This document shows positions 39,581 to 52,651 of a stretch of 64,000 nt of DNA, in pieces. The stretch is from assembly GCA_976551045.1 (NCBI GenBank), contig CDPCPM010000281.1, forward strand, positions 10,974,001-11,038,000, read 5' to 3'. Every line of letters begins with the position of its first letter. The first letter of the stretch is position 1. The position numbers were made by a program, and so were the translations under genes. The notes under the pieces were generated by a model. It ran no database searches and was not told where the DNA came from. It was given only the letters and a program-made list of their open reading frames with translations. The stretch is from Glaucostegus cemiculus (Eukaryota).

Positions 39581-41848
39581 TGGAGGAGCGCCAACAGAGC
39601 TTTTGTCACAGGTTCAACGTGAGCATACACAATGGCTGATGTATGACAGTGATTCTACTTCATGTCATTAGATTACAAAGATAACAGAATTATAACAAAG
39701 TGCACAGTTATTATAATGAAAGGTTAATTACTGGGAAGGGACAGGGTAACACTGACAACTTTATTTGATATTATTAACAGAGTCCTCTGTATAAGCTTCA
39801 GATGCCAATGCAGGGTGAGTTTTCTAGCACACTGCAGTGGCTCAGTTTTGAGGACAGAATTGTTAATCAATGCCACATAAATAGGCATGAGAGCTTGATA
39901 TTGATGAAATGCTTGAGGTCTCTGAATATTGGCCACTGCAATGAAGCTTAGAGGAAAGATCCGAAGAAATATGTCCCTGCCAGAATTCAGTTGAGTCAAC
40001 AGATAAAGCAAAATTAGGATGCTAATCAGAAGCTACTGGCCCAAACTGTGAGAACACCTGGATTACTAGTACAGGGAAAGGTCACTAATGCAGTGGATGT
40101 AGGGACCCTGCACCGATAATTCATAACCGCAGTCCAGTAGGAATCACATTCTGCTGGGCAGAAGAATCCGACTCCATCCATAATTGAAGGTTTGATCTTT
40201 TATGCAAGAACACAAACACACTGCTGAAGACATTGCATTGTGTACAGTAAGTTAAAATGGGTTAATGGTGCTACAAATTTATAAACTCAGTATAAAGGCT
40301 ATTTTCAACATTGCCAGCACTGAGGCTCTACCTTGCAGAGGCTAGGTGAAAACTCTCAGACATCTCCTCGTACCTAACCCTGGACCACGACCTCACCAAC
40401 AATCATCAGGCCACTGTCTCCCATACCATCACAGTTCTCATCTCTCCACATTGGCTGCCTCAGTCATCCCAGAGCAGGTGTGGAAGCAAGTTATCCTCAA
40501 TCCTGAGAGAGTGTCCAAGAAGTTTCAATGCCTTAGATCAACTGTTCCTTACATCCTAGGTAGTCCCACCAGCTCTGTCCTCTGGCCCAGGTCCACATTC
40601 AGCTCCTTCCCAGTCTGAGAAACCCCTCACATCCAGATCGCAGCCCACAGTAGCACATTTAATAAATTAATTCACTCATTAATTCCTGCAACCAACCAGC
40701 AGCACATTTTGCCAAAAAGCAATTAATTTCAGCAAACCCAGAAATCTCAATAGCAGGATTACAGAGCTGTGATTTTCAATACTTAAACCTTCTACTTCCA
40801 AGTATTATTTACGCAGATTGCTTTTAGGAAGAGATCTTTTTCTCAGAATCCTGTTTTGCCACTGTATCCCTTCTCCAGCCTTAGGATCCATCCTAGACTA
40901 TGGATGTGACTTAGCAGATCTGCACTGAAGTCACGTAGATTTTGTTGGAATTATTGCATGGTGTATACAAAAAAAATTAGTTCATGGCAGAAACCTTAGG
41001 AGGGTAAATGTGGTTTTCTCAACCAATAAATCTTGAAACCCTCCCAGTCCGAGTGATGAAATGCATAACCGTAGCCCTTGGTCTCTTTGCATCACACTGC
41101 CTGCAGTAAATGGCCAATAAGAGCAGAAACGGCACACTTGTTAGAGGGTAGAGGTTAATTGCATCATCCATTAAATTATCATCAGTCATTCTGATTTAAG
41201 ACAAGCTGTTAATTAATCTGGAGCAGGAGCAAGTTAGCTACTGGGGAACTTGCATTTGAAGGTGCAAGATCAATTGCAATGCAGACATTGAAAGGCCAGT
41301 ACAATAAAGAACACAGCAGATTGTTTCATAACAGCACTTACAACCCCTGTTGTGCATGCTGCTGCCACACATATCCTTCAATCGTATTGCAAATGGACAT
41401 TCCCTGGAACTTTGGACACTTTATTAACTCACTGTAATCAATGACTAACAGACATACACAAAATGCACTGGTGAACTGGTTAACCTGCTATATACTGATG
41501 AAAGTAACCAGAAAAGTTGCTAAATAAAATCAATCACCATCGGTACATATAGAAAAAGACTGAAATTAACCAACATACATATTTGCTAACTTAGATCAAT
41601 ATAGTTATTGACTGAAGTGAACAATCAATACATTAAGGAATGGGGATTATGTACATGGTGGTTGATAATAAGTACAATTACAGAAGCTTGGGACTGTCTC
41701 ATTTCAGCAGGTGAAGATTAATGTTGCCTTTTTTAGGTTTTGCACCTCCAGTCTATGTGAATGGGTATAGTTCCATTTAATACACCAATGCAAAATGGAA
41801 TTTAGAATTTCAAAGCATTTTTAGGAGAGAAAAACAAAAAATTAACAT

Positions 41849-42420
41849 ATGGAGCCAGGAAGGTCAAAGGTGAAGCTCAGTTTCCATGAAGCATCATTTA
41901 ATGCACTATTGGCTTCAGTAAAGAGGATGATGGACATGGATCCTTGATAATGGCAAGAAGAAATCTGCATTTGTTGAAGTATGATCACAGAATGCCGAGG
42001 AGGTCTGCAGCGGGTGTGTAGCGCCCTTACCCAGAACCGGCACGTGAACAAACCAGATCCGAAAAAGGCAGGCAAATTTTCATATTCACCCCTAGTGTAG
42101 TGCATCATCTTTGCCATGTTTTCCCCTTCCATTGCATCATAGTGGCACAAGTTATAGTCTTTCCTCTCTGGACACATCCTTACTTCCCTTCACACCCACC
42201 ACACTCCCACCCTCCCCCACCATCTACTGCTTAAACTAAGCCCAGTCCTTGATCTCAGTACAGTCATCTCACCCACAGTACAACACACTTTCAGGAAATA
42301 CATCAGCCCAGTGGTCACCCTCACCAAATGCAGAGCATCCATGGAATGTCTAAGGTATGCATGCATCGTTGCAGAGAAACAACTCCAAATGTAAAGGAGA
42401 AAACTGAAAGAGGTCACCAT
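41849..42420 (+). pseudogene. Harbinger Myb/SANT-like DNA-binding ORF remnant
   Basis: ATG at 41849: MEPGRSKVKLSFHEASFNALLASVKR...; after a frameshift DNGKKKSAFVEV*SQNAEEVCSGCVAP. This resembles the F.DASLE.LL..V / W..VAEEVS pattern of Harbinger Myb/SANT proteins. Confidence 0.6.
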
Positions 42421-43212
42421 AGATTGTAAAATCATCATCTGCAAAGGCTAAGGCCATACAGACATATCAATATCCCCGATGGATTATAGCACGACTTACG
42501 TCTTGCTGCTGCACGATGACATCATTAAATATCTATGAGCCATCTCTCATACAAAAGTCCTTTATGATTTCACATTCGTGAAATGAGATCATATTAATTA
42601 TCCTGAATGTCCATATTTTTACATTTACATAAATAAATCGCTTCCCCTTGAATCTTTGAAGAATAGCAATCTTCACTCTTTGTTGATGACAATGCTTCAC
42701 AGAAGCAGATTCTCTCTCAGTGAGCATCTTCACTGGACATGCACTACCAGACACCATTACACATAAAAACATTTGCGTTGTTGTGTTCAAAAGTTACATG
42801 GAATCTAAACTGGTGAACAGTTCACAAATAGGCACAAGCAGAGAACCGTGTCAGCAACAGCTAAGGAGACTCCACATTAGAGTCCTCTCCAAGCTTTGCT
42901 CAGCCAGGCAAATATGGTCAAGAGAGCCATCAAATGAAAAGGAGAATGGATGGTATACATCAAACGTCTGAGGTACTGGTGGGCGTGACAGGCACACTGC
43001 TCACAGAGAATGAAATAGAACTGAAGGATTTGAGGCTTGATATTGCAGGTGGTCAGTGGTCTCCTCTGCAGGTGTGAGAATTCCTCTGTAAACTATGGAT
43101 ACCAGCAGTTCTATTGATTTAAATAGAATGTTATATTCTGGTCACAGCCTTACACAAGTAGTTAATCTGCTGCAGAAGGGAGAATGATATTCCACTGCCT
43201 CTAAACCTCTAC

Positions 43213-43820
43213 TTGCTTGGAAGGCTAAGGATATTCAGCACGTCCCCACTGACCCTCATCGATTTTTACAGAAGCACCACAGAAAGCATCCTATCCAGAT
43301 GTATCACAGCTCAGTATGGCAACTGCTCTGCCCAAAACCACAAGAAATTGCAGAGAGTTGTGGACACGGCTCAGTCAATCACAAAAACTAGCCCCCCCCC
43401 CCCTCCATGGGTGCTGTCTGCACCTCACTGCCTCGGTAAAGCAGCCGGCATAATCAAAGACCCCTTTCACCCTGGACATTCTCTCTTTTCCCTCCTCCCA
43501 TCGGGCAGAAAACACAGAAGCCTGAAAGCACGTACCGCCAGGCTCAAGGACAGCTTCTATCCCACTGTCATCATTCTCTTGAATGAACCTCTTATGTTGA
43601 AGATGAACTCTTGACCTCACAATCTACCTCGTCATGGCCCTTGCACCTTATTTTCCCCGCCTGCACGCTCTGTAACTGTAACACCATATTCTGCATTCCA
43701 TTTCTGCTTTTCCCTTGTACAACCTCAAAGTACTTATGTTTTTGAAATGATCTTTATGGGTGGCTTGCAAAACTAAGTTTTTCCACTTGGCACACATGAC
43801 AATAATGAATCAATACCACT
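43213..43820 (+). mobile_element. Rex1/Babar LINE 3' portion inserted in the Harbinger fossil
   Basis: DFYRSTTESILSRCITAQYGNCSAQNHKKLQRVVDTAQSIT...RTARLKDSFYP, plus tail. Confidence 0.9.
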
Positions 43821-44439
43821 GATTCAGAAAAGGATGGTGGTGAATTGGAACAGAGGTGGAACTCCATGCGAACCATCTCTAATCCATTTCTACACCCTGA
43901 CCCAATCACTGCATCTGACTACATGCTCAACACTATGTGGCCAGTGTAGTTGGAGTAGTTTTTGGCAGGCCTCACAAGCTCCAGTATGCTTGAGTCATTA
44001 TCCCCAAATATCTCAACAATCACAAGAACCAGCACCACATTGAATGGGCAGGGAAAAGAAAATACTGGTAGTTCATCAAGAACATACAAAATGTTATGCT
44101 TTTAAGTTGTATTATTTGCTTACATAATATGTTTTAATGTGCACGAGTTCCTCGTGTTCACTGTTCTTACAGATACCAAGATGAACTATCAGATGCCTTG
44201 TTAGAAATGCCAAGATACAGACCAAGACCATCACGTGCACTGTATTGGGTGGTTACAATTCTGCTTCTACCAATGGTCATGAGCAAGGGGAATATGCTGG
44301 TAACTAAATAAATCTTTGATCCGTTAGAGCTTTCCTGAATCCCAAATAGCAAGCAAAGTCAGATAAGGAACACCAATTGGCTTGTTCCACCTACAATTCT
44401 TGTCTTTTTACGCCATGATTATCTCTAAAGTCTTTATTT

Positions 44440-45110
44440 AAGTAGAGAAATGGAGCTGCAAATGTGTCCAAGCACCCAAGGCTTTTTCAAGAGTGGCACT
44501 GTCTTGAGTTCACATAACCAGTGGAACTATGGCTTGCAATGAAATGCTCTTGTTCACTGGCAGGTTTGATGAACATACCCTCTGTTGTCTAGTTCCAGGC
44601 ACAAATAGTTTGAAGATGTTGGGGTGCTATAGCATAAAAGTTGCACCTGCAACTTCCAGTGACACTAGCATGGACTTGCACCAACTTTTGTAGTTGCATA
44701 GTTGTTGAACATTGATGGAATAAAATCCATTACAGTTGTCGAATGCTCTCGTTGATCTTGTGGTGTTCTGATTAATGCTTGTGCAATCGATGGCATCCTG
44801 CACCAGTGAGAAGGCAGCCAGAGACATGAATAAGAGTCTTCATTCATTCTGGCTACTGGCAGCACTGGGGAATTTACACATCATCTAATTCTGCCAAACA
44901 ATCCATCAGTCACCCACCAAATGTATTTATGTTCAGCCAAATGCAACTGCAGCAGCGTGCTGAAAGGGTCCAGACACAAGAAAAATTGAGGTGCCTCTTT
45001 TTACCCTTCACAGCCACTAGCAATGCATAGCCAGCAAGTCTTCCAGAAGGCTGCAGATGGCTGTGGTGACAGCCTCAGACTTCACAAGTATTGCACTTCT
45101 ACGAGGTCAA
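44440..45110 (-). pseudogene. Harbinger (HARBI1-like) DDE transposase remnant
   Basis: VTTAICSLLED..SGPFQ, VQDAIDCTS (GAIDCTH), NGFYSINVQ (KGFHSINVQ) and ASHSST..CLD motifs in order. Confidence 0.8.
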
Positions 45111-46289
45111 CACGGCCCCCCCCCCCCACTTCTGAAAACTAATTTGTTTATTCCTCTGAATCTCAGATATAAAATGTTAACTATTTCCCTTTCCACAGAT
45201 GCTGCCTCATCTGCTGATTTTCTGTTTTTACTTTAGATTTCTAGCATCCACAATTTTGAGATTTTCAAGCACCGTTTGAAACCGCTGAAACGGTTCCAGA
45301 CACCAAGGTCACATTGCCCTGATAAATTCTCCTGGATCCCATTTTGAAATGATTGCTCCCCCAATGCCGTTTCAACCATGAAAACTGACCCAATGCTGCA
45401 GAGTTTATTCTGTGCTGCCTGCCCTCACTGAAGCTGGGGATCTGAGAGGACTCCTGCTTTAATCCAGGTCACACTAAGGAAGCTCGCATTTCTGCCTGTA
45501 TGACATTCGAGTCCACAAGGCAGCTTCACAGACATTTCCGGCTCAGTAAATATCTCCAGTGTGTGCCCCAGCACTGCCAGGTCTCTCACCACAAGATTGA
45601 TGTAAACTTGACCGTTCCATCACAATTTTACTTTAAATGAGAAAGTAAGGATTTGCAAGGATATATTTTTCCCATCATTTGTAGATTTGTGCTGACTTGG
45701 CTTTGGTCGGTGAAGCATTTATTATGATGCCACTTGCATCGATTCCTTTGGCTTTTGGAAGGCTGGACCGACACTTAAGGTCATCTTCAGTGTCTAATCG
45801 GTTTTATTCCTACTTGGCCAGCTTTCATAATTAGGGAAGATAAAAGCCAAGAACAGATCCCACAGTCTACTCCTCCCAGATATTTATCCCGTGAATACCT
45901 CATCCCCACCTGATTCAGTCCCTGCAGAGTGCATTGTATAAATACTCAAAGGAGAATTTTTTTTTTAATTTCAGGATATTTGATCACTGAGACACTTCTT
46001 GTTTGCATCATAAAAGTCTCTGCATGATATATTTAAAATGTATTTTTATCTGTGCCGATAATGTGTTTCTTTTGAATGAATGCCAAGTAATTCCAGTAGG
46101 TTGATGTCCAAAATCATACTTTGACAGACCAGTGTGATGGGACAATGGTTTGATGTTGAATCAGTCCTTTAGAATATGGATGAAATGCAAATCCCTGGGC
46201 AGCATCTAAATGGCAATGTAAAGAGTCCTGCATAAACGATTTGTGGCTTGCTTAAAATACACTACAGATGGCAAATGCTATCAATTCAT

Positions 46290-46575
46290 GGAACCGTACA
46301 GCAGAGAAACAGGCCCCTTCAGCCAGTTGAATCCACATCGATAGTCAACACCCATTCTACTTACTACTCCCCAGACTTCACCGCCTACCCACACACTAGG
46401 GACAATTTACAGTGGCCGATTATGGTTTTTGGCTGCGAGAGGAAAGTGGAACACCTGAAGGAAACCCATACAGTGAGACAGTGCAAACTCCACAGAGACG
46501 ACATCAGAGTTCAGGATTGAACCTGGGTCTCTGAAGCTGTGGGGCCATAGCTCTATTACCTGGGCCACTTGCCAC
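46290..46575 (-). mobile_element. HE1-like SINE
   Basis: Reverse complement of head (ggattgaacctgggtc), core and tail (aaacaggccccttcagcc). Confidence 0.8.
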
Positions 46576-46929
46576 CTTTTATTTCCTGGATCACTTGGTT
46601 GTGGGGAAAGAGGAACATAGGAACAGCAAAAAGCCATTCATCACCTCAAGCCAATTTCACGATTCAATTAGCTCATTTCTGTTCTGTGCCTGAACTCTTA
46701 TTTGCCAATCAGTCACAGCCCTGGAAACCCTTAGAATAAAATATTTTTTTTTAGTAGGTCTTGGATTTCAATTTCTGGCAACTGCTGTGTTCTGCACCTC
46801 ACAGTTCCAATATTTTCTCTTTTCTGCCCTCATTCATTATCCGCTATTTGCAGTCCTCCAGAACGATCAGGAGTGATTAACAAGTATTCAGTTCCCTCTT
46901 TTATACAACACAAAAAGCAATTGTGTCAC

Positions 46930-47390
46930 CTGGGTAAACCTTGGTCTCCCCCCATCACAGAAACTCCTTTTATTCCCTCCACCTCTCCCCTACTCTGCAA
47001 AATTGAAACACTTCTCACTTTTCCAGTTCTAATTAATACAGGATCAACAACCTGAAATGATAAGTTTCTCTCTCCACAGAGACACACGACTGTTAACCAG
47101 ACTGGAATCTGGATCAAAAAAAAAACGCTGGAGGAACTCAGCAGGGGAATGGACAGTCGATGTTTTGGGTCAAGACCCTTCACCTGGATTGACTCCACTC
47201 TTTCAATCCAGGTGAAGGGACTTGACCTGAATGTTGACTGTTCATTTCCCTCCAAAGATGCTGCCTGACCTGCTGAGTTTCTCCAGCGGTTTGTTTTCTG
47301 GTCTCTCCACAGACACTGGCCAATCTGTTAAGACTCTCCAGTATTTTCTGTTTTTATTTCAGATGTCTAGCATCTGCATTTTGTTTTTGC
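46930..47390. mobile_element. Penelope-like terminus with a palindromic Penelope-derived element nested inside
   Basis: Inner element ~47081-47301 flanked by tctctccacaga; central perfect 17-bp stem cccttcacctggattga/tcaatccaggtgaaggg. Confidence 0.75.
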
Positions 47391-48049
47391 TTTTCAAATT
47401 GTTTGCTAATAGGAAAGAAAGCTTACTGAAATCGGTCAGTTGATTCTGGACTAAAGAAAGACTGCCCTTAGAATGAACAAGTGCTTCCAATTTCACTTCC
47501 CAATATCCTGGTTCTAATTTTAAGACTGCATTCTTGTTCCTCAGGGAAGTGCTCAGCTCCCTCCATTACGGCAAATCTGACTTGTTCCACTGGAGTGTAA
47601 ATGGAATAACAAAGACTATTGTGCAGTTTGCTCGTCCTTGAAACCTACTTTGATAGTTTTGTTCAATTTTGTAGGATCTTTTTTAATGTTCATTTCTTTG
47701 AGCTCAATATACAAAGGGAAAGCATTGTGAGATAGAGCTAGTCTTCAGCGTACTGCTTACACATTTATGGATGACAGAAGGCCAGCAAGGAGAGAAATTA
47801 AAGGAGCAAATTTGGATGTGATAAAAGCAGGTATAATGGGTTTACACAAGAGAAAGCAAGAAAAGGCACTTGGCAATAAATTGACTTGCTTAAGCAGAAT
47901 AGCAAGATCTCAGATATTCTGAAATAAAAACAGCAAATGCTGGAAATACTCAGCAGGTCAGGCAGCATCTGTGGAAACAAAAACAGTTAAAGCTTCAAAT
48001 CAAACATCATTATCAGATATTCTGATACAGTCTGAGACAGGCTTTCAGT

Positions 48050-48780
48050 AGGTGATTAATGACTTCATGAGTTGGGGTGGAGTATATGGGGAAGGGCTGT
48101 ATTTGTATCTGAATACAATGGCTTTAATCTTCCCAGTCTTGACCTTGAAATATTAACAGTTCCTGGGCTGAATGTCAGAAGGACCTTCTGATTACAGAGA
48201 GTGAGAGAAGTACTTGTGCTGCAGAACTTAGTATCAGTGTGTCAAGGACACCAAATGCCTGGAGGGCTGCTTCTTGGAAGACCTTAGTAATAAAACAAGG
48301 CCTCTTCCAGTGCCAGCAGTTTGATCCTTGCTTCACTAGGTTTCAGAACAAGGGAAGGGGGCAGGCGAAAGGCAACAATTCATCCAACCCAACAAATTTA
48401 GTTTGCAGCATTGGTTGAAAAGTGCTCTGTTGTGACAGACCTCAAGATGGAATCCAAGACAATTTAATGAGGCAACTTGATCTTGAAGATGCTATTGAAC
48501 AGCATGCAGATAAGGAAGAAGGAATCAAGGATCAGAGATAAAATAGCAACAAGGTGGGATTGGAGAAGCCATTGTTCAAGGTGCATTGTCTGCACTCAGA
48601 TGGGTAGGATTGGAACTACACAAACACATGAAGCTAGAAGACAAAGCAAAGATACCTGGAACAGTGGGATTAAAAGTGAATTGTTCTTCACATCTCAATA
48701 ATCCAACTCTGCTTGCCTCAGGGGTCTCTTGGCTCCTTGGAATGTCTGAGCAACACAAATCCAGCAACCATTCTCCCACG
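48050..48780 (-). mobile_element. Old L2-like LINE fragment
   Basis: Weak resemblance to decayed L2 RT sequence. Confidence 0.35.
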
Positions 48781-50149
48781 TGACACCATTACAGAATTTT
48801 TACTAATTTTGTACAGTTAAACAAAGAATTTTCTGCAATTACTGTCCCTAACATGCTTAAGAGATAGGTATAATGAATGTAATTTTGTTCACAGATACTA
48901 CTGCATTGATGTGAACTGCCACATGCATTCAGAATAACAATGCAGAGAACAACAGACACACAAGGAGCAGCCTTCACATAATGTGGGTGTGAAAAGGAAC
49001 AAAAGATTACATGCTTAGCAACAACAGATGTTTCCGAGAATGAGTCTTGGGTCCAACACCCAATTGTCAGTGCATTCTGTACAGAGCTATATTAACTGTG
49101 CAAAGGGAAAAAAAAGACCCCAGGCAGAAAACAGTCTTTAAGAAAATCAAATGTAATGACTGAGTGGTGAGCAGGATTCAATGCCCAGGAACTGGGAAAA
49201 ATAAACAATGACGTGTCAGAAAACAATGGGTGGGTCTGGTCTGGAGTTAGGAGATAAAGAACAGAGTCGAGAAAGGGGCAGAAGGACAATGAAAATGCGC
49301 CCTCTCACAAAACAAGGGAAGCAGTTGCAATCAGAGATGGAAATGTTTGCTACAAATGAGGGCAAAGGGAAAGCAGAAGGACAAGCAAAGAGTCAAAAGA
49401 AGCTCAGCATTAGTTTAGGACACAAGTTTTGGACTTCCATCAGTTTTATTTTCCCTGACCAACAAATCAGGAAGCTACTCCTTCTGATGCACTATCTGAG
49501 ATGAGGAGGGTCTAATATCACATTGCTTATTGAATAAACAACAATAACTTTTTAGGTGGAGCTTTGGGATATTGTGGGTCTGCATTTTCACAGTTAAATA
49601 TTTGATATCTCCATAATCTGGAGCTTGGGCTCCTATTATTACCCACTGTGTCCCCACCATTAACTTGCAACCACGTGGCCTTGTAACCTTCAGTGCTAAA
49701 GGCTAATCAAGACCATTCACAGACTTAATGTTCCCTTCAAACCCAAGCTCACTTCTGACCCCAGAATCCTTGAATCAAAAAGCACGTCAAATTCCAACCC
49801 ACCTGTCACTGAAATAGCCATTATGATATTTTCACCTCCAAATTGATGGGGGCAATTCTAATGCCCATGAATAGACAAAAATCAGAAGCCCAAGTTCAGC
49901 CTGCCTTTCATGCACTCACCTAGTTGTAGTGAAGGCGAGTTGTGGGGTGGAGGGCTGTGACTGACCTACTCACTCAAACCAGATCCATCATAACACTCCC
50001 AGCAGACAGCACATTAAAATGCAACCTCCGTTTTGCTATTGATATTTTTCCACAGCTGGATTCATCGGTGCCATCACAGAGCTTGATGAGTAGATGAGTT
50101 CCCTGCCCATTCAAGCGCATCCTACCTCTCCGTAATCAGACTCCCCCCA

Positions 50150-50700
50150 AATACCTACTCACTCCCAATAATTTCTGGTCCACCTGCCTGTTTTCTCTCT
50201 GTGCACTGATCTAGTTTCACCCGACTTAAATTAGTTCTCACACCCACCACCACAAGTCCTAATTTACCATTCCTCTCATGTAATCGTGACAACCACCCCA
50301 CACAATGTCTCGTCCTCCACCTAACTTTCAGCTCAAAAATTCTCATCTAGATCCTATGCCACAATGAATCATGTTGGTCCATCAAAAACATTGCCACTGA
50401 CCAAGTTAACTCCTTGTACCTCAATACCTCAAGTGTGGGATGCTCAGCCTCATGTTCATTTCTTTTCCCCATGGTACCATCTAACCATATTTCTAATCTT
50501 TTCCAAGCCTATTCCCCCAATACACTGCTGCAAACTCATTGTTCCACTCTGATAACCAGCCCCATCCCACTTTTTGGAATTATCTTCCCAAGTACCACTT
50601 TCTGCTTTACCTGCTCTATATTTTTAACTAATGTGTCAAGTCTTCCCAGATAAGCACTCTCTCTATAGTCATGGGCTTCTTTCTCCTCCACAAGTGCCTC
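50150..50700 (+). mobile_element. Old L2-like LINE fragment
   Basis: Pyrimidine-rich strand with caaaaacattgccactgaccaagtt (TETALxKV-like) motif. Confidence 0.45.
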
Positions 50701-50749
50701 ACTGGTTTTTTTTCTACTGTATACTGGTACCATATAAAAGCAAACCTAT

Positions 50750-50935
50750 ACTTGAGGAGGTGGTAGAGGCAGGTACAATTACAATGTTTAAAAGACACTT
50801 AGGCAGCTACGTGGATAGGAAAGGTTCAGAGGGATATGGGTCAAACGCAGTCAAATGGGATTAGCTCAGGTAGGCACCTTGGTCGGCATGGATGAGCTGG
50901 GCCAAAGGGCCCGTTCCATGCTGTACAACTCTGAA
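50750..50935 (+). mobile_element. CR1/HER1 LINE 3' end
   Basis: gaggaggtggtagaggcaggtacaattacaatgtttaaaagaca...gggccaaagggcccgttccatgctgta. Confidence 0.85.
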
Positions 50936-51932
50936 CGTATAACCCTTCCAGAAAGAAGATACTGCCATTTGTGCAGACAAAAATCAAAAGGAAAATTAAA
51001 TTTGTAACTCCCCAAATAAAGATTAAAGTGAAACCGAGAAAGGAGCCAGATGATATGCTTAGGTTCATAAGTTAGTAAAGATCAAAGCTGAATACTAATA
51101 TGGATGAGAACTGATGAAGGAAATAAGAGGGACAAAGACAACACGATGAGTGGAACAGATGAATGGGAAACCAAAAAAAAGGGCCAAAAATGTCTTTTAA
51201 ACATACTTAGTGTTTTCACAGATAGGGCGAGGCCAATAAGGAGATAATGTGTTGGATTTTACTGGCACAGGCCCAATACCTTGTCCACGGTCACCCTGTT
51301 CTCAACTGATGCAGAGGTGGAGAAGCTTTCCATCTGGCCGAAAGCTTCCCAGATCCCAAGGGCATGCCCTGATAGAAAGGATATCCAAAGGTGCACTGAA
51401 GTCCTGCACCCAAAACACAATGTTTTGCTGTGAAAAGCCTTGTCCCCATCATTGACTGCCATCAAAAATGAGAGTCATTAGACAGTTTTTTTTCTGGACA
51501 TCAAGTCATTTGCCATTAAAAACAAAGTAAATAACTGAAAACCTTGATAAAACTATATAAACACAAAATACATGCTAGATTGAAATAATTTTAAGAAGTT
51601 ACATTCCCCTTTAAGACCAAAAACTGCTGTAAGTACTCAGCAGTTGTCTGACCAAGTGTTTTTGACCTGAAACATTATCTCAGTTTCTCTTTCCATGGAT
51701 GCTGCCTGACCAGAGTGAATCAAGCATTTGCATTTTTATTTCAGATCTGCAGGGTTTTTTTTTAATATTTCCTTCTCTGCAGCCCTACAATCCTAAGATA
51801 AAATAATCAATGGCATCTCTGATCATGTGCCTGGTCCAGCCTGGTGAAGGATCTGCCAGACAATTCCTTGGAATAACTCATGGTGAGCCTCAGCAAGATG
51901 ACAGCCCACTACTGGACTCTGGAACTGGCTTA

Positions 51933-52222
51933 AGGGGGCACAGTGGCTCATGTAGTAGACCCAGTGCCTTGTAGCAGCAGAGACATGGGTTCAATCCTGG
52001 GTGCCGTCTGCGTCGAGTTTGCAGATTCTCCCAATGACCATGTGGGTTTCCTCCAGTGCCCCCAAAGACATACAGATGGGTAGGGGTGAAGTTGAGTGGT
52101 AGAATCTGGAGGGATTTGATGGTCATATGGGGAGATTTTTAAAAAATGGGATTAATTTAGGATTAGTGTAAATGAGTGGTTGACAGGCCTGCTTCCCTGG
52201 TGTATCTCTCTGTGACTACTAT
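51933..52222 (+). mobile_element. HE1-like SINE
   Basis: ggcacagtggctca...gggttcaatcctg...gtgggtttcctcc...gggattaatttaggattagtgtaaatg. Confidence 0.8.
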
Positions 52223-52405
52223 CTTGAACCTAAATGGCAAAAGTCTGGAGATAATGCATGGAAAAGAACATATATGCAGTGAATTGTTATGACTCAGTAT
52301 TCACTGCAGAAAAGATGGTGGAAACAGATTCCATAACAAATTGCAAAAGGGAAGATAAATAACTGAATGGAAAAATGAGGGGAAAAAGCAGGAAAAAAAT
52401 GTTCT

Positions 52406-52651
52406 AAATTTTTTTTATTTACAGCGTGGTAACAGGCCCTTTCGGCCCAACGAGTCCGCGCCACCCATTTTAAACCCCCAAATTAACCTACCCATACGCC
52501 TTTAGAATGTGGGAGGAAACCGGAGCACCCGGAGGAAACCCACGCAGACACGGGAGAACGTACAAACTCCTTACAGTCAGCGACGGGAATAGAACCCCAA
52601 TCACTGGCGCTGTAACAGCGTTGCGCTAACCGCTACGCTATCGTGCCGCCC
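52406..52651 (-). mobile_element. Young tRNA-derived SINE, same subfamily as 2123-2373
   Basis: About a dozen differences over ~240 nt by eye; flanked by tgttct on both sides (probable TSD). Confidence 0.9.

Noticed and set aside
43213-43614. 133-aa ORF that could be called a host gene
   Set aside because: It is the C-terminus of Rex1/Babar RT, with sister copies at ~13900 and ~29000.
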